Shown here one piece after another: positions 18,717-27,526 of a stretch of DNA of 61,404 nucleotides; position 1 is the stretch's first letter, and every line of letters begins with the position of its first letter. The stretch lies in contig CAZBPK010000117.1 of assembly GCA_964493765.1 (NCBI GenBank), positions 1 through 61,404 of the forward strand, given 5' to 3'. The notes beneath the pieces were generated by a model. The model did not search any database. It had not been told where the DNA came from and saw only the letters and a list, made by a program, of their open reading frames with translations. Source of the stretch: an uncultured Bacteroidia bacterium (lineage in GTDB: Bacteria; Bacteroidota; Bacteroidia; J057; CALLMJ01). Made by a program: the position numbers and the translations under genes.

Positions 18717-19490
18717 ATGAAAATTCAAAACTTTCTGACAGCCCTTTTATTTATAACATTGACCAATCACCACAAACTTTTTTCCCAAATTAGTTTAAAA
18801 GATTCTTGTGCTAATCTAGGTTTTTTTCATTTTGGTGCAGGAATTGGTAATACCGCTGGAAACTGGAACAAAAAATATGGCATAATGCCTCAAGTTGATG
18901 TTGAAATAGGCTTCAAGTCAAAAAAAAATTGGTCTTTTACAGGCAACTTCGGTTTTATTTATACGGATAGAGTAAAAATTCGTACTCAACTATTCCAAGA
19001 TATTGACACTTTTGATGGTTTACTAATTGATACGAATGGAGAATTAGTTTTTCCTGATGTTACGGCGCAAGGTTGGGCTGGAGGAATTCGATTCGGAAAA
19101 ACTTTTTCCTCCTTATTTTGGAAAGACCCTAACCCTAATTCAGGTTTATTTGTTGAAGCTGGATATAAATTCATAAGGCATAAACTCAATATTCAAGTTC
19201 CATTAACCTTACCCATGATGCTCAATGATTATCTAAAAGGTTATGACCGTTTAACCTTTTCTCAAGGTGCAAATTTTATTTTGGGTTATCGATTTTTTAA
19301 CAATAAAAGATTTCTAAATTTTACTGCCTTTACTGAATTTGCAGTTTTTTACTCGCAAAATTTAAGACGTTTTAATTATGATACTCGGGCTTTTGATAAT
19401 CAAAAATCATTAGATGTTCTATCTAGCATTAAAATTATGTGGTGTTTACCATTATACCAACGTGCTCCTGAAAGTTTTTACTATTACTAA
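18717..19490 (+). CDS. Hypothetical outer membrane beta-barrel protein
   Basis: Signal-like N-terminus from ATG 18717; Gly/aromatic alternating strands. Confidence 0.65.
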   Translation: MKIQNFLTALLFITLTNHHKLFSQISLKDSCANLGFFHFGAGIGNTAGNWNKKYGIMPQVDVEIGFKSKKNWSFTGNFGFIYTDRVKIRTQLFQDIDTFDGLLIDTNGELVFPDVTAQGWAGGIRFGKTFSSLFWKDPNPNSGLFVEAGYKFIRHKLNIQVPLTLPMMLNDYLKGYDRLTFSQGANFILGYRFFNNKRFLNFTAFTEFAVFYSQNLRRFNYDTRAFDNQKSLDVLSSIKIMWCLPLYQRAPESFYYY

Positions 19491-19494
19491 ACCC

Positions 19495-20313
19495 ATGAAA
19501 CTTTTCTTCATTATTTTCTTTTGGCTGATTGAATTTTCTTTAAAAGCTCAAAGTCCTACACAGTTTAACAATCAACCCAAAAAACCTCAAAAACCCAAAA
19601 TTATCTATGAACTACATACCACTCATGTTCCCATATTTATTGGAAGTAGTATCATTTATTCTATAGGAAATAATTTAGTGAGAAAACAAACTCCCTTATT
19701 AGAAAATGATTTAGTATTTTTGAATAGAAATTCTGTCAATTCCATTGATAGGTTTGCAACTTACTTGTGGTCTCCAACTTTTTCCAGAATTTCTGATGCT
19801 ACAGTTATTTTAAGTGCGATGAGCACGCCACTTTTATTTTTTGACCCAAAAATTAAAAAAGAATGGTTTACTATTGGATTTATGTTTTTGGAAGCAACTG
19901 TTTTATCGTATGGAATTACTCAAACCACCAAAGGTTTAACCGATAGGTTAAGACCCTTTGTATATAATCCCATTGCACCATTAGAAAAAAAATTAGAACC
20001 TGATGCAAAGCATTCCTTTTTTTCGGGTCATACAGCCCTAACCGCAACTTATTCCTTTTTAACCTATAAAATTTATTCAGATTTTTATCCGAAATCTGAC
20101 TTAAAACCCTATTTTTTAGCTGGTGCTATTGGCTTACCCTTGCTCACCGCAACTTCTCGAGTTTTGGCAGGGAAACATTATCTTTCTGATGTACTCACTG
20201 CTTATGCTTTTGGGGCTTTAGTGGGTTATGGTTTACCTTTTTTGCACCTTAAAAAAAATAGACCGAACTCCCCAAGCTCCTCTATCAATATTTTGATTAT
20301 TCCAAGATTTTAA
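19495..20313 (+). CDS. PAP2 family phosphatase
   Basis: KGLTDRLRP, SFFSGH and SRVLAGKHYLSD motifs; ATG 19495 preferred. Confidence 0.88.
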   Translation: MKLFFIIFFWLIEFSLKAQSPTQFNNQPKKPQKPKIIYELHTTHVPIFIGSSIIYSIGNNLVRKQTPLLENDLVFLNRNSVNSIDRFATYLWSPTFSRISDATVILSAMSTPLLFFDPKIKKEWFTIGFMFLEATVLSYGITQTTKGLTDRLRPFVYNPIAPLEKKLEPDAKHSFFSGHTALTATYSFLTYKIYSDFYPKSDLKPYFLAGAIGLPLLTATSRVLAGKHYLSDVLTAYAFGALVGYGLPFLHLKKNRPNSPSSSINILIIPRF

Positions 20314-20340
20314 ATATTTTTGAAAATAAATTTCCTCAAA

Positions 20341-21369
20341 ATGAAAAAAATATTGCTTTTTTTTATATCAATACTTTTCATTGCTTGTAAACCTCAAAAA
20401 AAAGAAAATCCTTTTCCTGAAAAACTTTCTGAATGGAACTTCTTTCAAGATTTGACAAACTTAGTTCCTTCAGAAAAGGTTGTTCCTTATGACCTAAATA
20501 CACCCCTATTTACTGACTATGCAGAAAAAGCACGTTTTATTTATGTTCCAAATGGTTCAAAAATCATTTATAACGACACCAGTTTTTTTCATTTCCCGAA
20601 TGAATCCGTTATCATTAAGAATTTTTATTACTACCATGATGTAAATCTTCCAGAAAAAGGAAAAAAAATTATAGAAACTCGTTTATTATACAAAAAAAAT
20701 GGTTCTTGGATACCTTTAACTTATCAATGGAATGAAAATCAAAAAGATGCTGAAATCTTATATGCAGGTAATTATGTTCCCATTGAATGGAAAGACCATG
20801 AAGGAAAAACTCAAAAAATTGAATATAAAATTCCTAATTTGAATCAATGCAAAAGTTGTCATGAAAATCAAGGAGTTATTCAGCCAATTGGTATTAAAGC
20901 CAAGCATTTAAACAAAAATTTTGTTTACAATCATGGAGAAGAAAATCAATTATCGTATTGGCTAAAAAACAACCTATTAGAAGGTTTACCCTTGAATCAT
21001 CCCATACCTCAAATAGTAAATTATGAAGATTCTTCCAAAAATTTAAACGATAGAGCCAGGGCGTGGTTAGATATTAATTGCGCGCATTGCCATAATCCCA
21101 AAGGACCTGCAGCAACTTCAGGTTTATTTTTGAATAGTGAAGAAAATAATCCTGTTCATTTGGGAATTATGAAAAGCCCTGTTGCTGCTGGAAAAGGTAC
21201 AGGAGGAAACTCTTTTGATATAGTTCCTGGTAAACCCAATGAATCTATTTTATATTATCGCATGAATAGTAATGACCCCGGCGAAATGATGCCCGAACTC
21301 GGTAGAACCATGGTTCATAAAGAAAGCCTAAAATTAATTCATGACTGGATTAAAAATTTGAAACAATAG
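20341..21369 (+). CDS. SO2930-family diheme c-type cytochrome lipoprotein
   Basis: Lipobox ILFIAC; YDLNTPLFTDYAEKARF; CKSCH and CAHCH; MMPELGR. Confidence 0.85.
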   Translation: MKKILLFFISILFIACKPQKKENPFPEKLSEWNFFQDLTNLVPSEKVVPYDLNTPLFTDYAEKARFIYVPNGSKIIYNDTSFFHFPNESVIIKNFYYYHDVNLPEKGKKIIETRLLYKKNGSWIPLTYQWNENQKDAEILYAGNYVPIEWKDHEGKTQKIEYKIPNLNQCKSCHENQGVIQPIGIKAKHLNKNFVYNHGEENQLSYWLKNNLLEGLPLNHPIPQIVNYEDSSKNLNDRARAWLDINCAHCHNPKGPAATSGLFLNSEENNPVHLGIMKSPVAAGKGTGGNSFDIVPGKPNESILYYRMNSNDPGEMMPELGRTMVHKESLKLIHDWIKNLKQ

Positions 21370-21431
21370 GCATAATTTTTGCATATCTATTTTGTATATC
21401 TATTTTTTTTACATAAATATTTAAACGCTGA

Positions 21432-22226
21432 ATGTATCATCAAATTATTGAAAAACTCTTGCCTTCCATCCAAAAAACTGCAGAATTTATCAGTAAAGAA
21501 TTTATAAGTTTTGATCCTGCCAACATAGAAATTAAAGGTCATAATGACTTAGTTTCTTACGTGGATAAAACCGCTGAATCTATGCTGGAAGATGCATGCT
21601 TAAAAATTACTCCTAATGCAGGATTTATCAATGAAGAAACGGGTATCAAATCCCCTGATTCTGAGTTTGTTTGGATTATTGACCCCTTAGATGGAACTAC
21701 TAACTTTATGCAAAAAATTCCTGTTTTTGCCATTTCCATTGCTTTACAACATCAAGGAAATTTAGTTTTAGGAATTGTTCATGAAGTCAATCGTTTTGAG
21801 ACTTTTACAGCCATTAAAGGACAAGGGGCTTTTCTCAATGGAAAACCCATTAAAGTAACAAATGAAAAACAACTTTCACAAGTTGTAGTAGCTACTGGTT
21901 TTCCCTATTCTAATTTTTATAATCTACAAGATTATATGGAAATGTTTAAAGAATTTTTGTATAGTACGAGAGGTTTAAGGAGATTAGGCTCTGCCGCTGT
22001 AGATTTAGCTTTTACTGCCGCGGGGCGCTTTGGTGGTTTTTTTGAAGCCAATTTAAAACCTTGGGATATTGCAGCAGGTACATTAATTGTTCAAGAAGCT
22101 GGCGGTTTAGTAACTGATTATCATGGAAATCAAGATTGTGTTTTTGGCAATTCTATTTTAGCCTCTACCCCAATTATTCATGACCAAATGATGCAAATTA
22201 TTCAAAAAAACGTAAAAGTAAATTAA
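21432..22226 (+). CDS. suhB: Inositol monophosphatase family protein
   Basis: DLVSYVD, NEE, WIIDPLDGTTNF, RRLGSAAVDL, PWDIAAG. Confidence 0.9.
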   Translation: MYHQIIEKLLPSIQKTAEFISKEFISFDPANIEIKGHNDLVSYVDKTAESMLEDACLKITPNAGFINEETGIKSPDSEFVWIIDPLDGTTNFMQKIPVFAISIALQHQGNLVLGIVHEVNRFETFTAIKGQGAFLNGKPIKVTNEKQLSQVVVATGFPYSNFYNLQDYMEMFKEFLYSTRGLRRLGSAAVDLAFTAAGRFGGFFEANLKPWDIAAGTLIVQEAGGLVTDYHGNQDCVFGNSILASTPIIHDQMMQIIQKNVKVN

Positions 22227-22271
22227 GGGTAAATGTTCATGTATTGATTTTTTTGACTTTTTCATTTTTTT

Positions 22272-22302
22272 TTGAAAGTATATATTTTTCATAATATATT
22301 TG
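22272..22302 (+). promoter_or_regulatory. Bacteroidota sigma-70 promoter for the acylase gene
   Basis: TTG at 22272, 20-nt spacer, TATATTTG at 22295. Confidence 0.7.
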
Positions 22303-22315
22303 CAGAAAAAAAATA

Positions 22316-24466
22316 ATGTCAAAATTAAAGGTTTTATTTCTTATATTTAGCTTTTCACTTCTTAAAACTCATGGGCAAATTGAACCAGAAAATATTCAAA
22401 TCATTAGAGACCCATGGGGAGTACCTCATATCTACGGAAAAACAGATGCCGAGGCGGCTTACGGTTTGGCTTGGGCTCACTGTGAAGATGACTTCCCTAC
22501 CCTACAATATCAATTAATTCGTTACAAAGGTCGTGCTGGTGAATATGAAGGAATAAATGGAGCTTTGACTGATTTTTTCTATCATTACATCAAAACACAA
22601 GAAACCGTTGAAAAAGAATATAAGCATCTTTCTAAAGAATATTTAACTTTTTTGAATGGATATGTTCAAGGAGTGAATGATTATGCATCAAAACACCCTA
22701 AAGAAATTCTAATGAAGGGATTATTTCCCATAACTGACAAAGATATTCTGGGTGGCTATGTAATGACTACTGCAGCTATGGTGGGTTTACCTTACGCTTT
22801 AGATTACGTATTAAAAGGCAAAGCGGATGATTATATGTTTAGACCCGGCTCAAGAGCCGAACACAAATACAATGGAAAACCCATTCGTGGTTTAGAAAAC
22901 CCCTTTGACCATCAAAGCACTATGGGTTCTAATGCAATTGCAGTGCATCATTCCGCTGCAAAAGATAAAAAAAATCATATTGTTATCAATCCTCATATAG
23001 GATTAGATGATGTTATTCACTGGTATGAAGCACACATGGTAAGTGAAGAAGGACTAAATATTCTTGGTGCACTTTTTCCGGGTGCTACAAGCCCTGGCTT
23101 AGGTTCTACACCTCATCATGCTTGGGCTATGACTTTTAATTGGCCTGATTATGTGGATATTTACAGAATGGAACTCAATCCTAAAAACAAAAATCAGTAT
23201 TTATTTGATGGTCAATATTATGATTTTGAAAAGCGTAAAATCAAACTAAAAGTAAAAATTGCGGGGATACCTATTAAAGTAAAAAAAGTTGCTTATTGGT
23301 GCCACTATGGCCCTGCATATAAAACCAAAGATGGCAGAGTCTTTGCAACCCGACATGCAGCTAATGTAACTACCAAATCAGGTGAACAATGGTATAGAAT
23401 GGCTAAAGCACAAACTTTTGATGAGTTTAAAGAAGTTTTAAAAATGCGTAATATCCCTTTGTTTAATATCATTTATTCCGATAAAGACAACATTATGTAT
23501 TTTTTTAATGCTGCTTTACCCAAAAGAAACCCAAACTACAATTGGCAAAAAACTCTTCCCGGTAATACCTCTGAAACATTATGGAACGAATTTCTTACTT
23601 ATGAAGAACTACCCAAAGTAATCAATCCCCAATGTGGTTTTGTTTATAATACCAATAATTCCCCTTTTTACGCTACTTGCTCTCCAGATAACTGCGATAA
23701 AAATCAATTTGAAAATATTCATGCTTGGGATTGGAATCGCCAAAATAACAGAGCTTTACGCTTAGAGCAACTTTTGGGTGAACACTCTTCCTTTGATATG
23801 GATTTACTCAAAAAAATTAAATATGATGATAAATATCCCGTTAATGGTGGTATTTATAAAACCTATCAACAAATTTTTAACCTTGACCCCAACCAATATC
23901 CTGATATTAAAGATGCCATTGAACTTCTTAAAACTTGGAATTTAGGAACGGACACATTAAACAAAGTTTGTCCTTTATTAGTAGTTGCTTTTGATTTTAT
24001 TTTTACCAATACCAACTCTGGTTATGTTGAACTAGAAACTGGTATTTCTATCAGTGAAAAATTAATGGTTGATGCTATTCGTTATTCAAAAAAATGGTTA
24101 TTAAAACATTACAAAAAAATAGACCCAACTTTTGGTGAAGTGCAGCGAATTCGTAGAAAAGGGGCTAAAGAAAATTATGCAATTAGTGGTATGCCAGAAA
24201 TGTTATCTCCTATTGCTTCCAAAGTTATGAAAAAAGAAGGATATTTATTGCCTGTTAATGGGGATACATACATTCAGTTTGTAACTTTTGGAGTTAATGG
24301 TTTAGAAAAAATTGAAACTATTGTTCCTATGGGTGCTTCCAGAAGAGAAAACTCCCCTCATTATACTGACCAAATGCAATTATTTGCTCAAAGAAAAGTT
24401 AAATCTATGACCTTAAATAAAGAGGAAATCCTAAAAAACGCAGAAAAAGTGTATTCTCCTAAGTAA
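22316..24466 (+). CDS. Penicillin acylase family (S45 Ntn-hydrolase) protein
   Basis: Signal peptide; IIRDPWGVPHIYG; beta-chain start MG/SNAIAV; NPHI; AWAMTFNWPD; NSPHYTDQ. Confidence 0.9.
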   Translation: MSKLKVLFLIFSFSLLKTHGQIEPENIQIIRDPWGVPHIYGKTDAEAAYGLAWAHCEDDFPTLQYQLIRYKGRAGEYEGINGALTDFFYHYIKTQETVEKEYKHLSKEYLTFLNGYVQGVNDYASKHPKEILMKGLFPITDKDILGGYVMTTAAMVGLPYALDYVLKGKADDYMFRPGSRAEHKYNGKPIRGLENPFDHQSTMGSNAIAVHHSAAKDKKNHIVINPHIGLDDVIHWYEAHMVSEEGLNILGALFPGATSPGLGSTPHHAWAMTFNWPDYVDIYRMELNPKNKNQYLFDGQYYDFEKRKIKLKVKIAGIPIKVKKVAYWCHYGPAYKTKDGRVFATRHAANVTTKSGEQWYRMAKAQTFDEFKEVLKMRNIPLFNIIYSDKDNIMYFFNAALPKRNPNYNWQKTLPGNTSETLWNEFLTYEELPKVINPQCGFVYNTNNSPFYATCSPDNCDKNQFENIHAWDWNRQNNRALRLEQLLGEHSSFDMDLLKKIKYDDKYPVNGGIYKTYQQIFNLDPNQYPDIKDAIELLKTWNLGTDTLNKVCPLLVVAFDFIFTNTNSGYVELETGISISEKLMVDAIRYSKKWLLKHYKKIDPTFGEVQRIRRKGAKENYAISGMPEMLSPIASKVMKKEGYLLPVNGDTYIQFVTFGVNGLEKIETIVPMGASRRENSPHYTDQMQLFAQRKVKSMTLNKEEILKNAEKVYSPK

Positions 24467-24572
24467 TAATTGATATAAAGTTTTGGGCATGCCTCTTTAA
24501 TTTTTACTTTTAGAATTATTCTTATCATTTATTAAATTAGGCATTAAATTTGCATAGCTAACTTAAAAATTC

Positions 24573-24950
24573 ATGAAACTTTTTACCATTATAGGTCTTT
24601 TCGCTTTAGCATTCATTTTTATCCAATGCAATCCTTCTAAAAAAAACCAAAAAAGTACTTCTCAAGAAGCCAATTTAACAAAAGTAAGATTAAAAGTGGC
24701 TTTTATCAGTATAGGTCAAGGTATTAATTTTGAAGCAGCAAAGTATTTTCCTCAATTCATTGAAAAATTTAACAAAGAACAAAAAGTTACTTTAAAGTAT
24801 GAAATTGTTCCTTGGGGACGTGAAGGAGAATTAAACTATTGTTTTTATGAACAAAAGAAAATTAATGAGTTTATACTACAAGTTCAAAAGGAAATGAGTA
24901 AATATGAAAATGTAGAATTTCATGAAAATCCGTTAAACTGTGATCGATAA
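24573..24950 (+). CDS. Hypothetical lipoprotein
   Basis: Lipobox-like FIFIQC; FISIGQGIN and WGREGELNYC motifs. Confidence 0.7.
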   Translation: MKLFTIIGLFALAFIFIQCNPSKKNQKSTSQEANLTKVRLKVAFISIGQGINFEAAKYFPQFIEKFNKEQKVTLKYEIVPWGREGELNYCFYEQKKINEFILQVQKEMSKYENVEFHENPLNCDR

Positions 24951-24971
24951 ATTAGAATTGATTTTTTTCAT

Positions 24972-25448
24972 TTACAATGATTTGAATTGCTCAAAAGTTT
25001 CTTTACAGTCATGGCAATGGTGTATTGCTCTACATAATGTAGGACCAAAAGGGTTTAGTAATTGAGTATTTTTTGAATGGCATTTTGGGCACTCAACGTT
25101 CTGTAAACTTTTTAATAAATCTTCGGAAGACTTAGAAGGCTTCGCTAAACCAAATTCTTGTAATTGTTTTAACCCTTTTTCTGTAATAAAATCTGAAGAC
25201 CAAACTTTGTTATAATTAATTACAGCATGCGAAGCTATGCCTTTATTAAAAAGAACTTCTTCTACATTTTTTCGCATATATTCAATAGCTGGGCATCCAG
25301 CAAAAGTAGGAGTTAACTCTACCAAAACTTGCTGGTTTTCTTGAATTTGAACATCAGAAATAACCCCTAAATCAACTAATGAAATAGCTGGTATTTCTGG
25401 GTCTTTAACTTCCTCTAAGTATTCCAAAATCAAATCTTTGGTAATCAT
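24972..25448 (-). CDS. paaD: Phenylacetyl-CoA epoxidase subunit PaaD (PaaJ in other nomenclature)
   Basis: VKDPEIPAISLVDLG, TPTFAGCPA, CPKCHS...FGPTLCRAIHHCHDCKETFEQFK. Confidence 0.92.
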   Translation of the reverse strand: MITKDLILEYLEEVKDPEIPAISLVDLGVISDVQIQENQQVLVELTPTFAGCPAIEYMRKNVEEVLFNKGIASHAVINYNKVWSSDFITEKGLKQLQEFGLAKPSKSSEDLLKSLQNVECPKCHSKNTQLLNPFGPTLCRAIHHCHDCKETFEQFKSL

Positions 25449-25451
25449 AAT

Positions 25452-26216
25452 TTACCATTTTGCAGTTGGATCTATAACAAAAACTTCTGACATTTCGTTT
25501 ACAAGTTGCTCCAAGTGTTCAGAATGTTTACCTTCTCTACCTCCGTAATGCAAAGTTGGGTTTTCAATAATGGGAATCACAATAGGTGTTTTTTGTACAA
25601 TGGATTGAACTTCCTGAACCCATTGATTTTCAAGTTCTTTTTCTGAAACAATAAAACCTTCTTTTTCCAAAATAGCATGGTAATCAGCAACCTCAAATAA
25701 AGAAAATGCTAAAGGATAAGCAAAATTAAATGCGTTTTGCATACGAATACGAGCTTCTTCTCCTCCATTACAAAGTTGTTGAAACCAAGTAACTGCATGC
25801 ATGTAATGGTATTTTTCTTCACGAATTAACTTAGAAGCTAAATTTGCCAATGGCTCATATTTAGATTGACTTAACGCTTTTAAACGTATCATTTCTTGAA
25901 CATCATAGAATAAATGGCGAACTAAACTAAAATCATACTCACCAATAGGATATTCCACCAAATGGCAGCATTTAAACATTTTATAACTTCTATAAAAAGC
26001 CAAAGTATCAGGGTTTTGTTCTCCTAATTCATGAAGTAATAAATAAAATGCTTGTGCATGCCCAATTTCATCTTGAGCCATAGAGGCAAATGCAATATCT
26101 TCTTCTAAAATAGGACCAAAACCTGTCCATTCAGAATTTCTATGACCCATAATTAACTCGTCATCAGCTAACTGAAATAAATATTTTTTTAAGGCTTCTA
26201 AAACTTCTGGTTTCAT
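25452..26216 (-). CDS. paaC: Phenylacetyl-CoA epoxidase subunit PaaC
   Basis: LADDELIMGHRNSEW, EEDIAFASMAQDEIGHA, KLIREEKYH, HSEHLEQL; ATG 26216 preferred. Confidence 0.92.
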   Translation of the reverse strand: MKPEVLEALKKYLFQLADDELIMGHRNSEWTGFGPILEEDIAFASMAQDEIGHAQAFYLLLHELGEQNPDTLAFYRSYKMFKCCHLVEYPIGEYDFSLVRHLFYDVQEMIRLKALSQSKYEPLANLASKLIREEKYHYMHAVTWFQQLCNGGEEARIRMQNAFNFAYPLAFSLFEVADYHAILEKEGFIVSEKELENQWVQEVQSIVQKTPIVIPIIENPTLHYGGREGKHSEHLEQLVNEMSEVFVIDPTAKW

Positions 26217-26290
26217 AAACTTGTCAGGAAAATAAATAGCAAATATCAGTAATTTTATCGATTTATCCAAAAAATTGCCAATTTTGTTAC

Positions 26291-27289
26291 ATGAAATTTT
26301 TAATCATTCGATTGAGTTCTATTGGCGATATTGTTTTAACTACTCCTGTAATTTCTGCTATTCATCAAAAATTTCCTAATGCTGAAATTCATTTTTTAAC
26401 AAAAAAAGTTTTTAGTGATGTTCTCATTCATCATCCTAAAATTACAAAAATTTGGTCTTTCGAAAAAAATAACCTTCAAAATATTATTCATGACTTAAAA
26501 AAACAAAACTTTGATTTCATCATTGATTTGCATAATAACTTACGTTCAAAATGGATTACCTTTCGTTTACAAGCAAAAACATTTACTTTCTATAAAGAAA
26601 ATTGGAAAAAATGGAAAATGGTGTATTTAAAATCAAAAATTTCTGTTTCTCATGTTGTGGATAGATATTTGGATACCCTCAAAAATTTTGAATTTACCCC
26701 TAAAGAACCTTTAAAACTTGAGTATTATGCTGGTGAAAAATCAGAAAAAGAAGCCCTTCAAATTCTCAATACCCATCAAATAAATAAACCTTATCTATCT
26801 ATAGTTCTTGGGGCTACACATTTTACCAAAAAATGGTTAAAAGAATATTTTGTAGAATTTATTCAATGGATTGATAAACCCGTGGTTTTGATTGGTGGGA
26901 AATCGGAGTTAGAGGAAAGTTTATGGATTGAAAATCAAATTAATAATAAATCTAAACTTTTGAATTTATGTAGTAAAACCTCTTTGAATGTTTCAGCATC
27001 AATGATTAAAAATAGCGAATGGGTTTTAACTCATGATACTGGATTTATGCACATAGCATGCGCTTACCAAAAAAAAATGATAGTTTTATGGGGTAACACC
27101 AGCCCAGAAATCGGCTTCTATCCTTATCAAAATCCCAATGCCAAAAATATAAGTTTAGATTTAGCTTGTAAACCCTGTTCAAAACTAGGTTTAAAATCAT
27201 GCCCTAAAGGTCATTTTGATTGTATGAAAAAAATTACACCTCAAATGGTTTTAGAAAAATTCTTAGAATTTCATAATCAATTTATTTGA
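26291..27289 (+). CDS. Glycosyltransferase family 9 (heptosyltransferase-like)
   Basis: IIRLSSIGDIVLTTP, LTHDTGFMHIA, CKPCSKLG...CPKGHFDCM. Confidence 0.9.
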   Translation: MKFLIIRLSSIGDIVLTTPVISAIHQKFPNAEIHFLTKKVFSDVLIHHPKITKIWSFEKNNLQNIIHDLKKQNFDFIIDLHNNLRSKWITFRLQAKTFTFYKENWKKWKMVYLKSKISVSHVVDRYLDTLKNFEFTPKEPLKLEYYAGEKSEKEALQILNTHQINKPYLSIVLGATHFTKKWLKEYFVEFIQWIDKPVVLIGGKSELEESLWIENQINNKSKLLNLCSKTSLNVSASMIKNSEWVLTHDTGFMHIACAYQKKMIVLWGNTSPEIGFYPYQNPNAKNISLDLACKPCSKLGLKSCPKGHFDCMKKITPQMVLEKFLEFHNQFI

Positions 27290-27296
27290 GTTTTCA

Positions 27297-27426
27297 GGGC
27301 GTGCCCCTTGCTACGCTGCGGGTCGGGCTTGCTTCGGGCTTCGCTTTCGCTTCGGCAATTCTTTTTCCACTTTTTTCAAAAGCGGCAAAAGGCAGTGCCA
27401 CTTCGTGCCCTTTGCATCCCTCACGC
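27297..27426 (+). repeat. Dispersed structured repeat, copy 2
   Basis: Same termini and core as copy 1; 7 nt after the GT9 stop codon. Confidence 0.9.
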
Positions 27427-27526
27427 AACTACGAATAAAAAATTCGTTTTATCCTTTCCACTTAAACATAACTTCATAAGAATTTGGATAAAATTACTTA
27501 TCTTTGCGTTTTGATAGTACATCTAA

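Noticed and set aside
18545-18720. tRNA-Gln as an integration site for an island
   Set aside because: There is no integrase, no duplicated tRNA 3' end elsewhere in the window, and no compositional shift downstream.
21378-21403. 13-bp tandem repeat TTTGCATATCTAT/TTTGTATATCTAT upstream of suhB
   Set aside because: Short and AT-rich, so plausible by chance in this base composition; there is no other support.
27308-27514. 68-aa ORF upstream of uvrA
   Set aside because: It is a translation of repeat copy 2 plus the promoter region, with no coding signature.
27427-27526. Possible SOS box upstream of uvrA
   Set aside because: No convincing palindrome is visible, and I cannot define a LexA motif for this lineage from the sequence.
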